A stretch of 62,503 nt of DNA, taken from the NCBI GenBank assembly GCA_035256765.1, contig DATEXR010000017.1:1-62503 (forward strand). Reading direction: 5' to 3'. A program made the position numbers and the translations under genes. Source of the stretch: Candidatus Deferrimicrobiaceae bacterium (GTDB lineage Bacteria; Desulfobacterota; Deferrimicrobia; Deferrimicrobiales; Deferrimicrobiaceae). Shown in pieces: positions 25,732 to 39,723 of this stretch. Numbering within the stretch: position 1 is the stretch's first letter; every line of letters starts with the position of its first letter. The notes under the pieces are model-generated. The model saw only the letters and a list, made by a program, of their open reading frames with translations. It ran no database searches and was not told where the DNA came from.

Positions 25732-26349
25732 TTGACCGGAAGAAGGTTCCCACGGACGGGAAGACGGCGCGCGGCGAAGGCCCTCGTCCTCGCGGCGGTC
25801 TTTTCCTTTTCCGCCGGGTGCGGGGCGAAGGCCCTATCCGTCGGCTCCGTCCCCTTTCCCGCGGAAAAGCCGGTATTCGTGGGCGAAGCAGGGGAGGAGA
25901 CCGCGTCCCTCCCCCGATTTCCCGAACCCCTCCGTCTGGTCTTCCTCGATTCCCCGTGGTGTCCGCAGTGCGGCGAGGCCTGGGAGGCCATCGGGACCGC
26001 GGCGTCGACATTCCCGCCGGGTTCCGTCCGCGTATACCGCATTCGGTTCGACCGCGAGCGGATCTACGAGCGGGAGGGATCCCGGGAGGCGCCGCCCCTC
26101 CATCCCGCGGCCGCTCCGGGCATGACGACCGGAAAACCCGGGCCGGCGACGCTTCCCGTGACAACCCTCAGAGCCCTTCCCGGGACGTTCGAAAGGCAGT
26201 TCCGGGTCTCCCAGACTCCCGTTCTTCTGCTCCTGGACCAAAGCGGCACGGTCGCGAAGCGCTGGACCGGCTCCTCTCCCTCCCTGGCCGAATCGCTGGC
26301 GGAGGAGGTCAGACGGATAACGGTCTCGTCTCCGCCGGCGGAAAGGTGA
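25732..26349 (+). CDS. thioredoxin-fold lipoprotein (CPQC)
   Basis: TTG start 1 nt after the trxA stop. LAAVFSFSAGC lipobox and SPWCPQCGEAW. The 3' end overlaps rodA by 41 nt (convergent). Confidence 0.55.
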   Translation: MTGRRFPRTGRRRAAKALVLAAVFSFSAGCGAKALSVGSVPFPAEKPVFVGEAGEETASLPRFPEPLRLVFLDSPWCPQCGEAWEAIGTAASTFPPGSVRVYRIRFDRERIYEREGSREAPPLHPAAAPGMTTGKPGPATLPVTTLRALPGTFERQFRVSQTPVLLLLDQSGTVAKRWTGSSPSLAESLAEEVRRITVSSPPAER

Positions 26350-27436
26350 ATCGCGTCCGGGAGAGGTTGGCGAGAATCCCCAGCGCCATCATGTTCGTGA
26401 GCATCGAAGATCCTCCGTAACTCACGAAGGGAAGGGGGATCCCGACGACCGGGAACAGTCCGCACACCATCGCGATGTTGATCAGGATGTGCGCGAGGAA
26501 ATAGGAGGCAATCCCCCCGCACGCGAAGGACGCGAACCGATCCTGGGACCGGGAAGCGAGGTAGGCCATCCGGGAGACCAGCGCCAGGAAAAGGAGAAGC
26601 AGGACCACCGAGCCCACGAACCCCCATTCCTCGGAAAAGACGGCAAAAGCGAAATCCGTGTGCTGCTCGGGCAGAAACCGGAGCGATCCCTGGGTCCCGT
26701 GGAGATACCCTTTCCCGAGGAATCCCCCCGACCCCACGGCGATCTTGGACTGGATGACATGGTACCCGGCGCCCAGAGGATCCCTGCCGGGGTCCAGGAA
26801 GGTGAGGACCCGCTGCTTCTGGTAATCCTTCATCAGGAACCAGAGACCGGGGACTGCCGCCGCTCCCATGACGCCTGCGAGGAGGAACACTTTTCCGCGG
26901 ACGCAGACGATCACCATCATGGCGGCGAGGACGAGGAGAAATATCCCCGCGGTCCCCAGGTCGGGCTGCATCGCCACGAGCAGGAACGGAACCAGGGTGA
27001 TGGCCACCGCCGGCATCAGGTCGCGGAGGCCGATCCCTCCGTAGTTGTACATTTCGGAGAAGAAGCTCCCGAGCACGAGGACGAGGGCGATCTTGGCAAG
27101 CTCCGAAGGCTGGAAGTTGAAGAAGCCCAGGGACAGCCAACGCTGGGCGCCTCCCCGGACCTTGCCTACGAGGAGGACGACCAGGAGGAGGGCGACAACG
27201 GCGATAAAGATGCGCCAGGCCATCTCCTCGATCACCCCGGGCCCCAGGAAGGAGAAGAAAAAGAAAAAGCCCGCCCCGAGCAGGATCCAGACCAGCTGTC
27301 GGTAAAACAGCGGGATCCCCGAAGAGGAAAAGACCCGCGTCCCGCTGTACACGTTCAGAAGGCCCACCCCGCACAGGACAAGGGCCAGAAGGAAAACGGG
27401 CCAGTCCACCCGGGCGAACCGTTGGGGCGCGCTCAT
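26309..27436 (-). CDS. rodA: rod shape-determining protein RodA (SEDS family)
   Basis: 375 aa polytopic protein with the FtsW/RodA/SpoVE pattern. Its start overlaps the PBP2 stop. Confidence 0.93.
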   Translation of the reverse strand: MSAPQRFARVDWPVFLLALVLCGVGLLNVYSGTRVFSSSGIPLFYRQLVWILLGAGFFFFFSFLGPGVIEEMAWRIFIAVVALLLVVLLVGKVRGGAQRWLSLGFFNFQPSELAKIALVLVLGSFFSEMYNYGGIGLRDLMPAVAITLVPFLLVAMQPDLGTAGIFLLVLAAMMVIVCVRGKVFLLAGVMGAAAVPGLWFLMKDYQKQRVLTFLDPGRDPLGAGYHVIQSKIAVGSGGFLGKGYLHGTQGSLRFLPEQHTDFAFAVFSEEWGFVGSVVLLLLFLALVSRMAYLASRSQDRFASFACGGIASYFLAHILINIAMVCGLFPVVGIPLPFVSYGGSSMLTNMMALGILANLSRTRFTFPPAETRPLSV

Positions 27437-29274
27437 CTCCCACCGCCTTTCCCGGCGACCTGTTTCAACCGGAAATATTCCTGCATCACCGCTTTGACGA
27501 CGGGAGCGGCCGCCGATCCCCCGTGTCCTCCGTGCTCGATCATCGCGATGACGCAGATCTCGGGATCGGCGACGGGCGCGAAACCGGCGAACCAGGCATG
27601 GTCTCGTATCTCATAGGGCAGATGCTCGGATTTGATCATCTTCCCCTTCACGGTGACGAGCTGCGCCGTCCCGGTCTTCCCCCCGACCTCGATCCCGGGG
27701 AGCCTGGCCGCCCCCCCCGTCCCGTAATCGTTGACCACTCCGGCCAGGGCGTGCCTTATGAACTCTACGTTCTCGGGTTTCCAGGGCAGTTTCCTTTGCT
27801 CCCGGGGAGGAAACTCCTCCACCGTTCCGTCCATCCGGACCACCCGGCTCACCAGGCGGGGGCGCATCACCTCCCCGCCCGTCGCGATCGCCGCATAGCC
27901 CGACAGCATTCCGATCGGCGTGACGTGGATCGCGCCCTGCCCGATGCCGAGCAGGACGCTGTCGGCAGCGTACCACCGGTCTTTCATCACAACACGCTTC
28001 CAGGCGGTGTCGGGAACAAGGCCGGATTTCTCTCCCGGCAGACCCACGCCGGTCGGAACACCGAGACCGGCATCCCGTTCCAGGGACGCGACCCGGTCCG
28101 GGTCGAGCCGGGAACCCAGGGTGTAGAAATAGACGTCGCAGGACTGCACGATGGCCCGGTACATGTCCACGGTTCCGTGGCCCTTCTCCTTCCAGCACCG
28201 GAACACCCGGTTTCCCAGCCGGAAGGATCCGCCACAAAAAACCGTCGCTTTCGGGTTCATGACCCCCTCCTCGAGCGCCGTGAGGGCCAGGAAGGGCTTC
28301 ACCGTGGATCCGGGCGCGTAGGTCCCCTGGAGCCCCTTGTTCTGCATGGGTTTTCGCGGATCCTCGACCAGGGCCGTCCATTCCTCCTTCCGGATCCCCC
28401 GGGAGAAGGCGTTCGGGTCGAACGCCGGCGTCGAGACGAAGGCGAGGATATCCCCGGTCTTCGGGTTCATCGCGATCACGGAGCCCGCCCGTTTCTCCAT
28501 CTCCTGGAAGGCCACCTTCTGCAGCTCCGCGTCGATCGTGGTCTGGATCGTTCCCCCGGTCCGCGGGGCAATCTCGTCCACCAGCCGCTTGTCGCGGCCG
28601 GCGGCGTCCACCTCCACCTGCCGCCCCCCGTTCACCCCGCGAAGAACATCGCCCATCGTCTTCTCCAGTCCGTACTTCCCCACGATGTCCCCCATCGAAA
28701 GGCGCTCCCCCCGCGCCGCCGCGATTTCCTGTTCGCTTGCTTCCCCCACGTAACCCAGGATGTGGGCGAATTCCGGTCCGAAGGGGTAGCTTCGCTTCGC
28801 CTCGACCATGATGGAAAACCCGGGGAGGGATTCCCGGTTGAACTCGATCACCGACACCTGCTCGAACCGCAGGTCGCGGGCCACCGTGAGACCCCGGAAC
28901 GGGTTCGTCTTCTTCTCCAGGATGATCTTCCCGGAGATCTCCTCGGGATCGAACTCCACCACCTCCCCGAGGAGCCTAAGCCCCCCCGCAAGGTCCTGAA
29001 TGTCCACCGGGGTGGCGATGAGATCGAAGGAGCCCTGGGTTTCGGCGATCGGCACCCCTCTCCGGTCGAGGATGACGCCCCGGGGGGCCCGGACGACCCG
29101 GATCCGTATCCTGTTGTTCTCGGACAGCGTGCGGAAATACTCGTACTTCACCACCTGGAGCCAGTACAGCCGCCCCAGGAGGAGGATGAACAGTCCCAAC
29201 CCGATCCATTGGAGGATGCGGATCCTCGACACGATCCAGGGGTCCTGCTCCCGTTTCCGGATGCGCCCCCTCAT
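27433..29274 (-). CDS. mrdA: penicillin-binding protein 2
   Basis: Start at MRGRIRKREQDPW (ATG 29272-29274, overlapping the mreD stop). GSTVKP (SxxK) and KTGTA motifs. Confidence 0.93.
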   Translation of the reverse strand: MRGRIRKREQDPWIVSRIRILQWIGLGLFILLLGRLYWLQVVKYEYFRTLSENNRIRIRVVRAPRGVILDRRGVPIAETQGSFDLIATPVDIQDLAGGLRLLGEVVEFDPEEISGKIILEKKTNPFRGLTVARDLRFEQVSVIEFNRESLPGFSIMVEAKRSYPFGPEFAHILGYVGEASEQEIAAARGERLSMGDIVGKYGLEKTMGDVLRGVNGGRQVEVDAAGRDKRLVDEIAPRTGGTIQTTIDAELQKVAFQEMEKRAGSVIAMNPKTGDILAFVSTPAFDPNAFSRGIRKEEWTALVEDPRKPMQNKGLQGTYAPGSTVKPFLALTALEEGVMNPKATVFCGGSFRLGNRVFRCWKEKGHGTVDMYRAIVQSCDVYFYTLGSRLDPDRVASLERDAGLGVPTGVGLPGEKSGLVPDTAWKRVVMKDRWYAADSVLLGIGQGAIHVTPIGMLSGYAAIATGGEVMRPRLVSRVVRMDGTVEEFPPREQRKLPWKPENVEFIRHALAGVVNDYGTGGAARLPGIEVGGKTGTAQLVTVKGKMIKSEHLPYEIRDHAWFAGFAPVADPEICVIAMIEHGGHGGSAAAPVVKAVMQEYFRLKQVAGKGGGR

Positions 29275-29756
29275 TCCCGGATCCGCTGCCACCGGACGGA
29301 GAGGTCCACGAAAAGGAAGACGCCGAGAAGCGACGTCCAGGCGATCCGGACCGTCTCCTCCGCTCCCCAGAGGACGGAAAACGGATGCCCTCCCTCCAGA
29401 ACCAGCAGGAGGATCACGGAGGCGGACTCGGCCGCGAGAAGCCCCGCGACGATCAGGAGGAGGAAGATCTCGGAGCGAAGGAAGATGCGGCGGCCGATCT
29501 CGCGCGCGGCGAAATAGACCGCCAGCGAGGCGAGAAGAAACGTCCCGGGCGGCCCGGAGATCGAAATCTCGCGGAAGAGCGCGGGAAGAAGGGCGGCCAG
29601 GAATCCGAGCGGGCCGGAGAGAAACAGCCCGGCATAGACGATCACCAGGAACGAGAAATCCGGCAGGAGGAACCACGGGACGAACCCGGAGAGCAGCCAG
29701 ACGTTCGCCGCGGTCCCCGCGAACGACAGCGCGAGCAGCACGAGAAGGAGTCTCAC
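29271..29756 (-). CDS. mreD: rod shape-determining protein MreD
   Basis: GTG 29754-29756 overlaps the mreC stop (GTGA). 161-aa multi-TM protein in the mreBCD position. Confidence 0.75.
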   Translation of the reverse strand: MRLLLVLLALSFAGTAANVWLLSGFVPWFLLPDFSFLVIVYAGLFLSGPLGFLAALLPALFREISISGPPGTFLLASLAVYFAAREIGRRIFLRSEIFLLLIVAGLLAAESASVILLLVLEGGHPFSVLWGAEETVRIAWTSLLGVFLFVDLSVRWQRIRE

Positions 29757-30598
29757 GGCTTCCCTTGCCGGAACGGGATGGAAGGACGGGAGAGGACGAC
29801 CAGGACCTCCTCGACGGACAGGAAGTTCACCGCGCTCGCCACCTGGATGTTCAGGAAGAGCCCCTCGCGGGGGCGGTCCACGCTCACGACGGTCCCGAGC
29901 GGGGTCCCCTTCGGCATGCTCCCGTCGAACCCGGAGAAGAGGATCCGGTCTCCCGTCACCACCTCCTGGGTCGGGGAAACGTATTTCAGGCGGCAGAGGT
30001 TTCCCCCCATCCCCTCGGCGACCGCCCGAACGCGGTTGCGCTCGACGATCACATCCGCGGCGAAGCGGCTGTCCGTCAGGAGGATGACCTCCGAGAGGCC
30101 CGGATAGGTCCTGTGGACGCGTCCGACTGCGCCGTCGGGGATGACGACCGCCATCCCCGGCTCCACGCCCTCTCCGGTCCCCGCATCGATGAAGATGCCC
30201 TGGAACCAGGGGGAGACGTCGTGCCCGACGACGCGGGCGCCGACCGTCCGCTTCTCCAGGGTCTTCGAGAATCGCAGCAAATCCTCGAGGCGCCGGTTCT
30301 CCAGAGACGCATCGCGGCTCTCCTTGAGATTTTCCCGCAACTCCGCCACTTCCTTCCGGAGTTCCCTGTTTTCCCGGGAGACGTTCACCAGTCCGATATA
30401 CCCCGACCACAGGGAGGAGATCCCCTGCCGGAGAAAATCGATCCCCCCGTAGACCGGTCGAAACAGGTACGTCCCGATCCTTCCGATCCCCTGGTCCGGG
30501 AAAAATCCGGGGGGGCGGACGAAGAACTGGATGGCCGCCGCCAGAAGAGCGGCCACGAGGAAGAGACGCCACCACGTTCGGAAAAACTTCCTGACCAT
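29753..30598 (-). CDS. mreC: rod shape-determining protein MreC
   Basis: 281 aa with an N-terminal TM helix, a coiled coil (ELRKEVAELRENLKE) and beta-barrel domains. Confidence 0.9.
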   Translation of the reverse strand: MVRKFFRTWWRLFLVAALLAAAIQFFVRPPGFFPDQGIGRIGTYLFRPVYGGIDFLRQGISSLWSGYIGLVNVSRENRELRKEVAELRENLKESRDASLENRRLEDLLRFSKTLEKRTVGARVVGHDVSPWFQGIFIDAGTGEGVEPGMAVVIPDGAVGRVHRTYPGLSEVILLTDSRFAADVIVERNRVRAVAEGMGGNLCRLKYVSPTQEVVTGDRILFSGFDGSMPKGTPLGTVVSVDRPREGLFLNIQVASAVNFLSVEEVLVVLSRPSIPFRQGKP

Positions 30599-30637
30599 CA
30601 GCCGATCTTTCCGGCGTGGACCCCGCGCAAAGCCGGT

Positions 30638-31711
<1,074 letters not shown>

Positions 31712-31864
31712 TCAAACACTTGACGCCGTATCTTAACAGGGCAACTTCTCCAATGCAAACATTTGGGGCGGTTTTCGGGTATCCCGTTGCATTTTCCGGG
31801 ATGTGCGGAGTACTATGAAACGTTTTCATCTGAGGGATTCATTCCTACGGGAGAAATCAGCGGC

Positions 31865-33733
31865 ATGCTCGACGTGCTTCGCCGGAACGCCGGTTCCTGG
31901 GCCATCAAGATCATCCTCACGTTCATCGCCCTCACCTTCATCTGGTGGGGGGTAGGATCGTACTCCCAGAGCAGGCGCGACGTGGCCGCCACCGTCGGCG
32001 GGGAGAAGGTCTCCCTGGCGGAACTCGCGGAGACGACCGCAAGGCTGGAGAAAACGTACCGCGAGGTGTACGGAAACGCGTTCACCCCGGAGATGGCCAG
32101 CGAGTTGAACTTCCGCAAGCAGGCCCTCGACACCCTCATCCGCCGGAAGTTGCTGCTCGCCGAGGCGAAGAAGATGGGGCTTTCCGCCTCCTCCGAGGAG
32201 GTCCGCCGGGAAATCGCGGCGACGCCCGCGTTCCAGGTCGACGGGGAATTCCGCGAGGACCGGTACCGCAGCATTCTCTCCTACAACCGGGTCTCCCCGA
32301 CGGAGTACGAGACTTCCCAGCAGCAGGAGATCACCGTCCGGAAGATGGAGGGCCTGTTGTCCGCCTCCGCCCGGGTAACCCCAAGCGAAGCGCGCGACCT
32401 CTTCCGCCTGATGTCCCGGAAAGTCCGCCTCCTCGTCGTCACCGCCTACCCTTCCGGGACGAGGAAAGTCCCGCCCGCCACGGAAGGGGAGACCGCGTCA
32501 AAGTACGAGCAGACCAAGGAGAGCTACCGGATCCCCGCCCGGGTCAAGCTCTCCGTCGCCCTTTTTTCCCCGGAGACGTTCACCCGGGAATGGAAGCCCT
32601 CCGAGCAGGAGATGGCGTCCTTCTACGAGGGGAACGCCGACAAGTTCCGTACCGAGGAGTCCCGCCTGGTGTCCCCCGTCACCATCCCTTACGCGGCCGG
32701 ATCCAAGGAGTTGTCCCGGAAAAAGGCGGAGGAGATTCTCGCGGAGGCGAGGAAGGGGAAAGACCGGTTCGAGGAGATCGCGAAGAAACTGTCCCGTGGC
32801 AAGGGAGGGGCGACCTGGCTCACGCGTCGCGAGATGAGGCCCGAACTCTCCGATGCCGTCTTCTCCGCGCCGGTGGACGAAGTGGTCGGCCCCATCGACA
32901 CCGGAAGCGGGTTCACCATCGTGCGTGTCTCCCAGATCCGGTTCCCCGAAACCCTCCCCCTGGCGCGGGTCCGGGACCGCGTCCTGGCGCTCCTCCAGCG
33001 AGAGAAGGGAAAGGATGTTGCGGTCCTTAAGGCCTACGAGGCCCACGGGAAGGCGATGGGATCCGGGGACCTCGCGGGAGCGTGCGCTTCCTTCGGCGTG
33101 ACCCTCCGGGAAACGGGATGGACGAGCGACGGGAAGGGGACCGACCTCCCCTTAGCCGTCGTCCAGGAGGCGCTGCTGCTCCAGGCGGGCGAAATCGGTC
33201 CGGTCAAGACGGTCGGCGATACCCATTATCTCTTCCGCGTGGACGCCAAGGAGAATTCCCGCATCCCCTCCCTGCCGGAAGTACGCGGCCGAATCGTCGC
33301 CGTCGTCGAAAAGGAGAAACGGGAGGCCGCCGCCAGGGCGGAACTCCAGCAAGCCATCGCCGGAGCGAAAACGGCGTCCGAGCTGGAACGGAATGCAGGG
33401 AAGGCCGGACTCGCCGTGACGACCACCCCTTTCTTCACGCCGCTTTCCGGCCCCCTCCCCGGCGTCCTGCCCGCAGCGGGTGACATCCGGCGAGACCTGC
33501 TTCCCCTCTCCCCGAAATCCCCTGTGTCCTCCAAGATTTTCCCGGCCGGGGAGAAATTCCTTGCGGTCGCGTTCGTGTCGGAACAGCCGGAGGACCCGAA
33601 GGAATGGGAGGCCGGGAAGGATTCGTTCGCACGGGGGCTGCGGGAGCAGAAACGGGCGAGCGTCATCGAGGCATTCGTCGCCGACCGGATGAACCAGTCC
33701 AAGGTGGAGATCAACCCCGAAGTCCTCAAGTAA
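31865..33733 (+). CDS. PpiD/SurA-like periplasmic chaperone / peptidyl-prolyl isomerase
   Basis: Start at MLDVLRRNAGSWAIKIILTFIALTFIWWG (N-terminal anchor), followed by a SurA_N-like segment and a parvulin-like region. Confidence 0.8.
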   Translation: MLDVLRRNAGSWAIKIILTFIALTFIWWGVGSYSQSRRDVAATVGGEKVSLAELAETTARLEKTYREVYGNAFTPEMASELNFRKQALDTLIRRKLLLAEAKKMGLSASSEEVRREIAATPAFQVDGEFREDRYRSILSYNRVSPTEYETSQQQEITVRKMEGLLSASARVTPSEARDLFRLMSRKVRLLVVTAYPSGTRKVPPATEGETASKYEQTKESYRIPARVKLSVALFSPETFTREWKPSEQEMASFYEGNADKFRTEESRLVSPVTIPYAAGSKELSRKKAEEILAEARKGKDRFEEIAKKLSRGKGGATWLTRREMRPELSDAVFSAPVDEVVGPIDTGSGFTIVRVSQIRFPETLPLARVRDRVLALLQREKGKDVAVLKAYEAHGKAMGSGDLAGACASFGVTLRETGWTSDGKGTDLPLAVVQEALLLQAGEIGPVKTVGDTHYLFRVDAKENSRIPSLPEVRGRIVAVVEKEKREAAARAELQQAIAGAKTASELERNAGKAGLAVTTTPFFTPLSGPLPGVLPAAGDIRRDLLPLSPKSPVSSKIFPAGEKFLAVAFVSEQPEDPKEWEAGKDSFARGLREQKRASVIEAFVADRMNQSKVEINPEVLK

Positions 33734-33740
33734 TCGAGCC

Positions 33741-34883
33741 ATGACGGTCCGGAGACGCCGCGCCGGAAGCGGAAAGGGAAGCCGCCCGGGGAGCGCATGG
33801 TGGTTCTTGCGGCTGCTCTTTCTCCCGATCCTCCTCCCCCCGGTTCTCTTTCTCCCCCCCTCTCCCGCGACCGCGGGGGAGCGCGTCCACGTCCTCGAGG
33901 TCTTCGACGGGGACACCATCCTCGTCCGCTCGGATCAAGACGTCCGCACCATCCGGCTCATCGGCATCGATGCCCCGGAAAAGGGGCATCCCGCGAGACC
34001 CAAAGAGTTTGGGAGCGACGAGTCCGCGAAGTACCTCTCGGATCTGTGCGAGGGGAAGGAGGTCCTCCTCGAACCGGACCGGGAGGACACGGACTCCTAC
34101 GGCCGGTACCTGCGGTACGTCTTCCTCCCCGGACCGGAGCGCAGGTTGCTCAACCTCGACCTGGTCCGGCACGGGCACGCCCGGGTCCTGCGGCCCTTCC
34201 CCTTCTCCCGGCGCGAGGAGTTCGAGCGGGCGGAGGAGGAGGCAAGGGAGAACGGAAGGGGGGTATGGGAGGACGGGGGGATGGCGGAACTTCGCTGGCT
34301 GCGGAAAAACGAGGTGGCGCCCGTCCTGGTCTATCCCGCGAGCGGCCGCAAATTCGCCGTTGTCTTCGGGGACCGGGGAAAGCCGGGAGTGGAACGCGAG
34401 GAACTCGGGAACACGATCCGCCGGATCCTCGGGCTTTCCGCGGAGAACGCGGCCCCCGACTTCGCCGGGAAGGCGGAGAGGGCCGGGTTCCGTCCCCTTT
34501 CCGCGGCCGGGGCGGCCGACGCATCCTCCGCAGGCCTCGGGGAAGCTCGGGAACCGGCGGGGAATGCCCGTTCCGCCGGGGAGATCGTTCCGTGGGAGCG
34601 GGCGCGCTCGTACATCGGGCGCGAGGTGACGGTGGAGGGGAAGATCGTCCGCACGCACCGCGGGAAAAACATCCTCTTCCTCAACTTCCACCCGAACTGG
34701 AAGAAATACCTCTCCGTGGTCATTTTCGGGAAGGACCTCCCGGGGTTTCCGGACAACCCGGAGACCTTTTACCGGAACAAGGCGCTCCGGGTACGGGGTA
34801 CGGTCACCCTGCACAAGGACCGGCCGGAAATCGTGGTGACCTCCCCCGAGGCGATCACGGTCGTCGGAGACACGGGGAACTGA
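33741..34883 (+). CDS. thermonuclease (SNase)-domain protein with C-terminal extension
   Basis: VFDGDTILV...IRLIGIDAPE...YGRYLRYV...RHGHA SNase motifs. The C-terminal ~90 aa are OB-fold-like. Confidence 0.8.
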   Translation: MTVRRRRAGSGKGSRPGSAWWFLRLLFLPILLPPVLFLPPSPATAGERVHVLEVFDGDTILVRSDQDVRTIRLIGIDAPEKGHPARPKEFGSDESAKYLSDLCEGKEVLLEPDREDTDSYGRYLRYVFLPGPERRLLNLDLVRHGHARVLRPFPFSRREEFERAEEEARENGRGVWEDGGMAELRWLRKNEVAPVLVYPASGRKFAVVFGDRGKPGVEREELGNTIRRILGLSAENAAPDFAGKAERAGFRPLSAAGAADASSAGLGEAREPAGNARSAGEIVPWERARSYIGREVTVEGKIVRTHRGKNILFLNFHPNWKKYLSVVIFGKDLPGFPDNPETFYRNKALRVRGTVTLHKDRPEIVVTSPEAITVVGDTGN

Positions 34884-34902
34884 GGGATTCGCCCCCCCGA
34901 CG

Positions 34903-34931
34903 GAAAAGGGGCCCTCCGCCGGAGGGCCCCT
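34903..34931 (-). terminator. bidirectional hairpin terminator between the thermonuclease gene and hppA
   Basis: GGGGCCCTCC (34908-34917), GCC loop, GGAGGGCCCC (34921-34930): a perfect 10-bp stem. The A-run 34904-34907 gives a U-tract on the minus strand. Confidence 0.65.
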
Positions 34932-34983
34932 TCGGATCTTCCGGCGCAGGGTCGGCCCCCAGCGCCGGAGGGTTCTTTGCGCC

Positions 34984-37422
<2,439 letters not shown>

Positions 37423-37648
37423 CGTGCCCCTCCCTGCCATTGATTTATGAATGCGGTTCGTGACGGGAACCCCCCTGAAACAAAACAAAAAGCCCGTTTT
37501 CCGGAAACACTCCGAGGAAAATTAACCGCAGAATAAATACCACGGCTTCCCCGGGGGGTCAAGGGGAAATGTATACTGTATACTCGGCTGTCTCGCAGGG
37601 GGCCGCTCCGGAGATCGGCGGGCGTGAAAGGGGTGTTATATTAGGAAG

Positions 37649-38605
37649 ATGGATTTCCGGGGGAAACTGATCCTGGCGCCGCTGGCCGGGATCACGGACA
37701 GAACTTTCCGGCTCCTTTGCCGGGAAAACGGGGCCGACGTGACGGTCACGGAGATGGTCTCCGCCCGGGGATTGCTCGCGCAGCCCGAACGGACGGCCCG
37801 GTACCTCGAATACGGGGAGGGGGAGCGACCCGTCGGCGCGCAACTGTTCGGGGCGGTCCCGGAGGAGATGGCCGAAGCCGCCGCGCAGATCCGGCGTCTC
37901 GGATTCGACTTCGTCGACATCAACATGGGATGCCCGGTCCGAAAGGTCACGGCGGGGGGGGCCGGTGCGGCCCTCTTGTCCGACCCGCGACTCGCGGGGA
38001 GGATCGTCGGGGCGGCAGCCTCCTCCGCGGGGATTCCCGTCACCGTGAAGATCCGTTCGGGCTTCGGCACGCAGCCCGACTCGTACCTCGCCGTGGCGAG
38101 GGAGGTCTTCGAGGCGGGGGCGGCCGCAGTCACCCTCCACCCGCGCACCCGGGGACAGATGTTTTCCGGCACGGCCGACTGGGGGCAGATCGAGCGATTG
38201 AAGCGGGAGTTCCCCGACCGCATCGTGATCGGAAACGGGGACGTACGGAAGCCGGAGGACTCCTGGCGGATGGTTTCGGAGACCGGATGCGACGCCGTGA
38301 TGATCGGGCGGGCCGCGCTCGGGAATCCCTGGATCTTCTCCGCGATCCGCCGGGGTGTTGCCGTCGCGGCGGGGAGCGGGGCGCCGGGGGCTTTGGCCGA
38401 GCCCTCGCCCGAAGCGCGCAGAGCCCTCATCCTGCGCCACGGGGGGGAGATGCACCGGCGCCACGGGGAGGCCGGGATCCGGGAGATGCGGAAGCATCTT
38501 GCCTGGTACAGCCGGGGAATTCCGGGCGCCTCGACGTTTCGGGGCCACCTCGTCGGGGTGCGGACGCTGGACGATTTCCGTTCGGTCGTCGGGCGATTCT
38601 TTTGA
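37649..38605 (+). CDS. dusB: tRNA-dihydrouridine synthase
   Basis: 318 aa with LAPLAGITD and DINMGCPVRKV. Confidence 0.92.
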   Translation: MDFRGKLILAPLAGITDRTFRLLCRENGADVTVTEMVSARGLLAQPERTARYLEYGEGERPVGAQLFGAVPEEMAEAAAQIRRLGFDFVDINMGCPVRKVTAGGAGAALLSDPRLAGRIVGAAASSAGIPVTVKIRSGFGTQPDSYLAVAREVFEAGAAAVTLHPRTRGQMFSGTADWGQIERLKREFPDRIVIGNGDVRKPEDSWRMVSETGCDAVMIGRAALGNPWIFSAIRRGVAVAAGSGAPGALAEPSPEARRALILRHGGEMHRRHGEAGIREMRKHLAWYSRGIPGASTFRGHLVGVRTLDDFRSVVGRFF

Positions 38606-39723
38606 GCGACCTCTTCCAGCAGACGCTCGAATCCGTGAGCATCGGGATCCTCGCGTTCGACGGGGCGGGAAGGCTCACCTACATCAACCCGGCCGCCGAG
38701 GAAATCCTCCACGGATCGTCGCGGGCCTTCGGGAGGAAACATTACCGTACCGTCTTCCGGGGATCCCCCGGGGCGGTGCGCATTTTGCGCAAGGCCCTGG
38801 AGGACAACGCGGCCGTCACCGGCTACGACGTGGAGCTTCGCCTTCCCCGACGGTCTCGGGCGGCGGGCGATCCGCCCCCTCCCACGCTCCCCGTCATCAT
38901 CGGGGCTTCCCCCATGCCCGGCCCCGCGGGAGAGCCGAATGGGGCGGTGCTTTCGATCAAGCCGGCCGAGATCCTGAGCATGGTCGGGCAGGAGGAGAGG
39001 GCCGCGATGAGCGCCGAGGAGATGCAGACGCTCGCCTACGGCATCGCGCACGAGATCAAGAACCCGCTGGGGGGAATCCTCGGCGCCGCCCAGTGGATGA
39101 TGCGGGGGGAGGCCTCCGAGGAGGAGCGCCGGGAGGGAACGCGGCTGATCCTGCGGGAGGCGGAGAGGATCAACGGGCTCGTGGAGAAGATGCTCGAGAT
39201 GGGGAGGACCCTGCCTCCGTCCCGCCCCTTCCCGATCCTTCCGATCCTCCGGGAGGCCGAGGAACTCATACGCGCGGACGTGCGCGCCCAGGGAAAGGAG
39301 ATCCACTTCGAGCTCGCCGCCGATCCGAGCCTTCCCGACGTGTCCGGCCACCCGGACGCCGTGTTCCGGGCGATCGTGAACGTCCTGAAGAACGCCGGGG
39401 AGGCGATCCCGCGAAAGGGGACGGTGCGCATCGACACCCGGATGAACGTCAATTACCGCTGGGGGCGCGCGAGGGGCAAGATGCGGTCCTTCGTGGACAT
39501 TTTCATCGCGGACGACGGCGCGGGGATGTCGGAGGAGGAGATCCGGAGGGCGTTTCTGCCCTTCTACACGACGAAGGCGAAGGGGACGGGGCTCGGTCTC
39601 GTGATGGCGAGGCAGTCGATCTCCCGCCAGGGAGGGAAGATGGAAATAAAATCCGTGCGGGGAGAGGGAACGACGGTTAAAATATCCCTTCCCGTCAGTC
39701 CCGGGAAGAAAACAGGCGCGTGA
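38602..39723 (+). CDS. PAS-domain sensor histidine kinase (NtrB-like, cytoplasmic)
   Basis: Real part of ORF 37717..39723. A tentative TTG start at 38602 overlaps the dusB stop. H-box AYGIAHEIKNPLGGI, N-box NVLKNAGEA and G-boxes DDGAGM/GTGLGL. Confidence 0.85.
   Translation: MSDLFQQTLESVSIGILAFDGAGRLTYINPAAEEILHGSSRAFGRKHYRTVFRGSPGAVRILRKALEDNAAVTGYDVELRLPRRSRAAGDPPPPTLPVIIGASPMPGPAGEPNGAVLSIKPAEILSMVGQEERAAMSAEEMQTLAYGIAHEIKNPLGGILGAAQWMMRGEASEEERREGTRLILREAERINGLVEKMLEMGRTLPPSRPFPILPILREAEELIRADVRAQGKEIHFELAADPSLPDVSGHPDAVFRAIVNVLKNAGEAIPRKGTVRIDTRMNVNYRWGRARGKMRSFVDIFIADDGAGMSEEEIRRAFLPFYTTKAKGTGLGLVMARQSISRQGGKMEIKSVRGEGTTVKISLPVSPGKKTGA

Noticed and set aside
31777-31816. A sigma54-like cGGGTATCCCGTTGCAT upstream of the ppiD-like gene.
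   Set aside because: The -12 half (TTGCA) is good but the -24 half is poor. The same TTGCAT with TACTAT 18 nt downstream (31811-31816) reads equally well as a weak sigma70 promoter. The evidence is too ambiguous to call either.
37571-37583. GTATACTGTATAC palindrome upstream of dusB, considered as a LexA/SOS box.
   Set aside because: It does not fit CTGT-N8-ACAG or other LexA consensus sequences I know. It is more simply two overlapping TATACT -10-like hexamers. I kept it only as a note.
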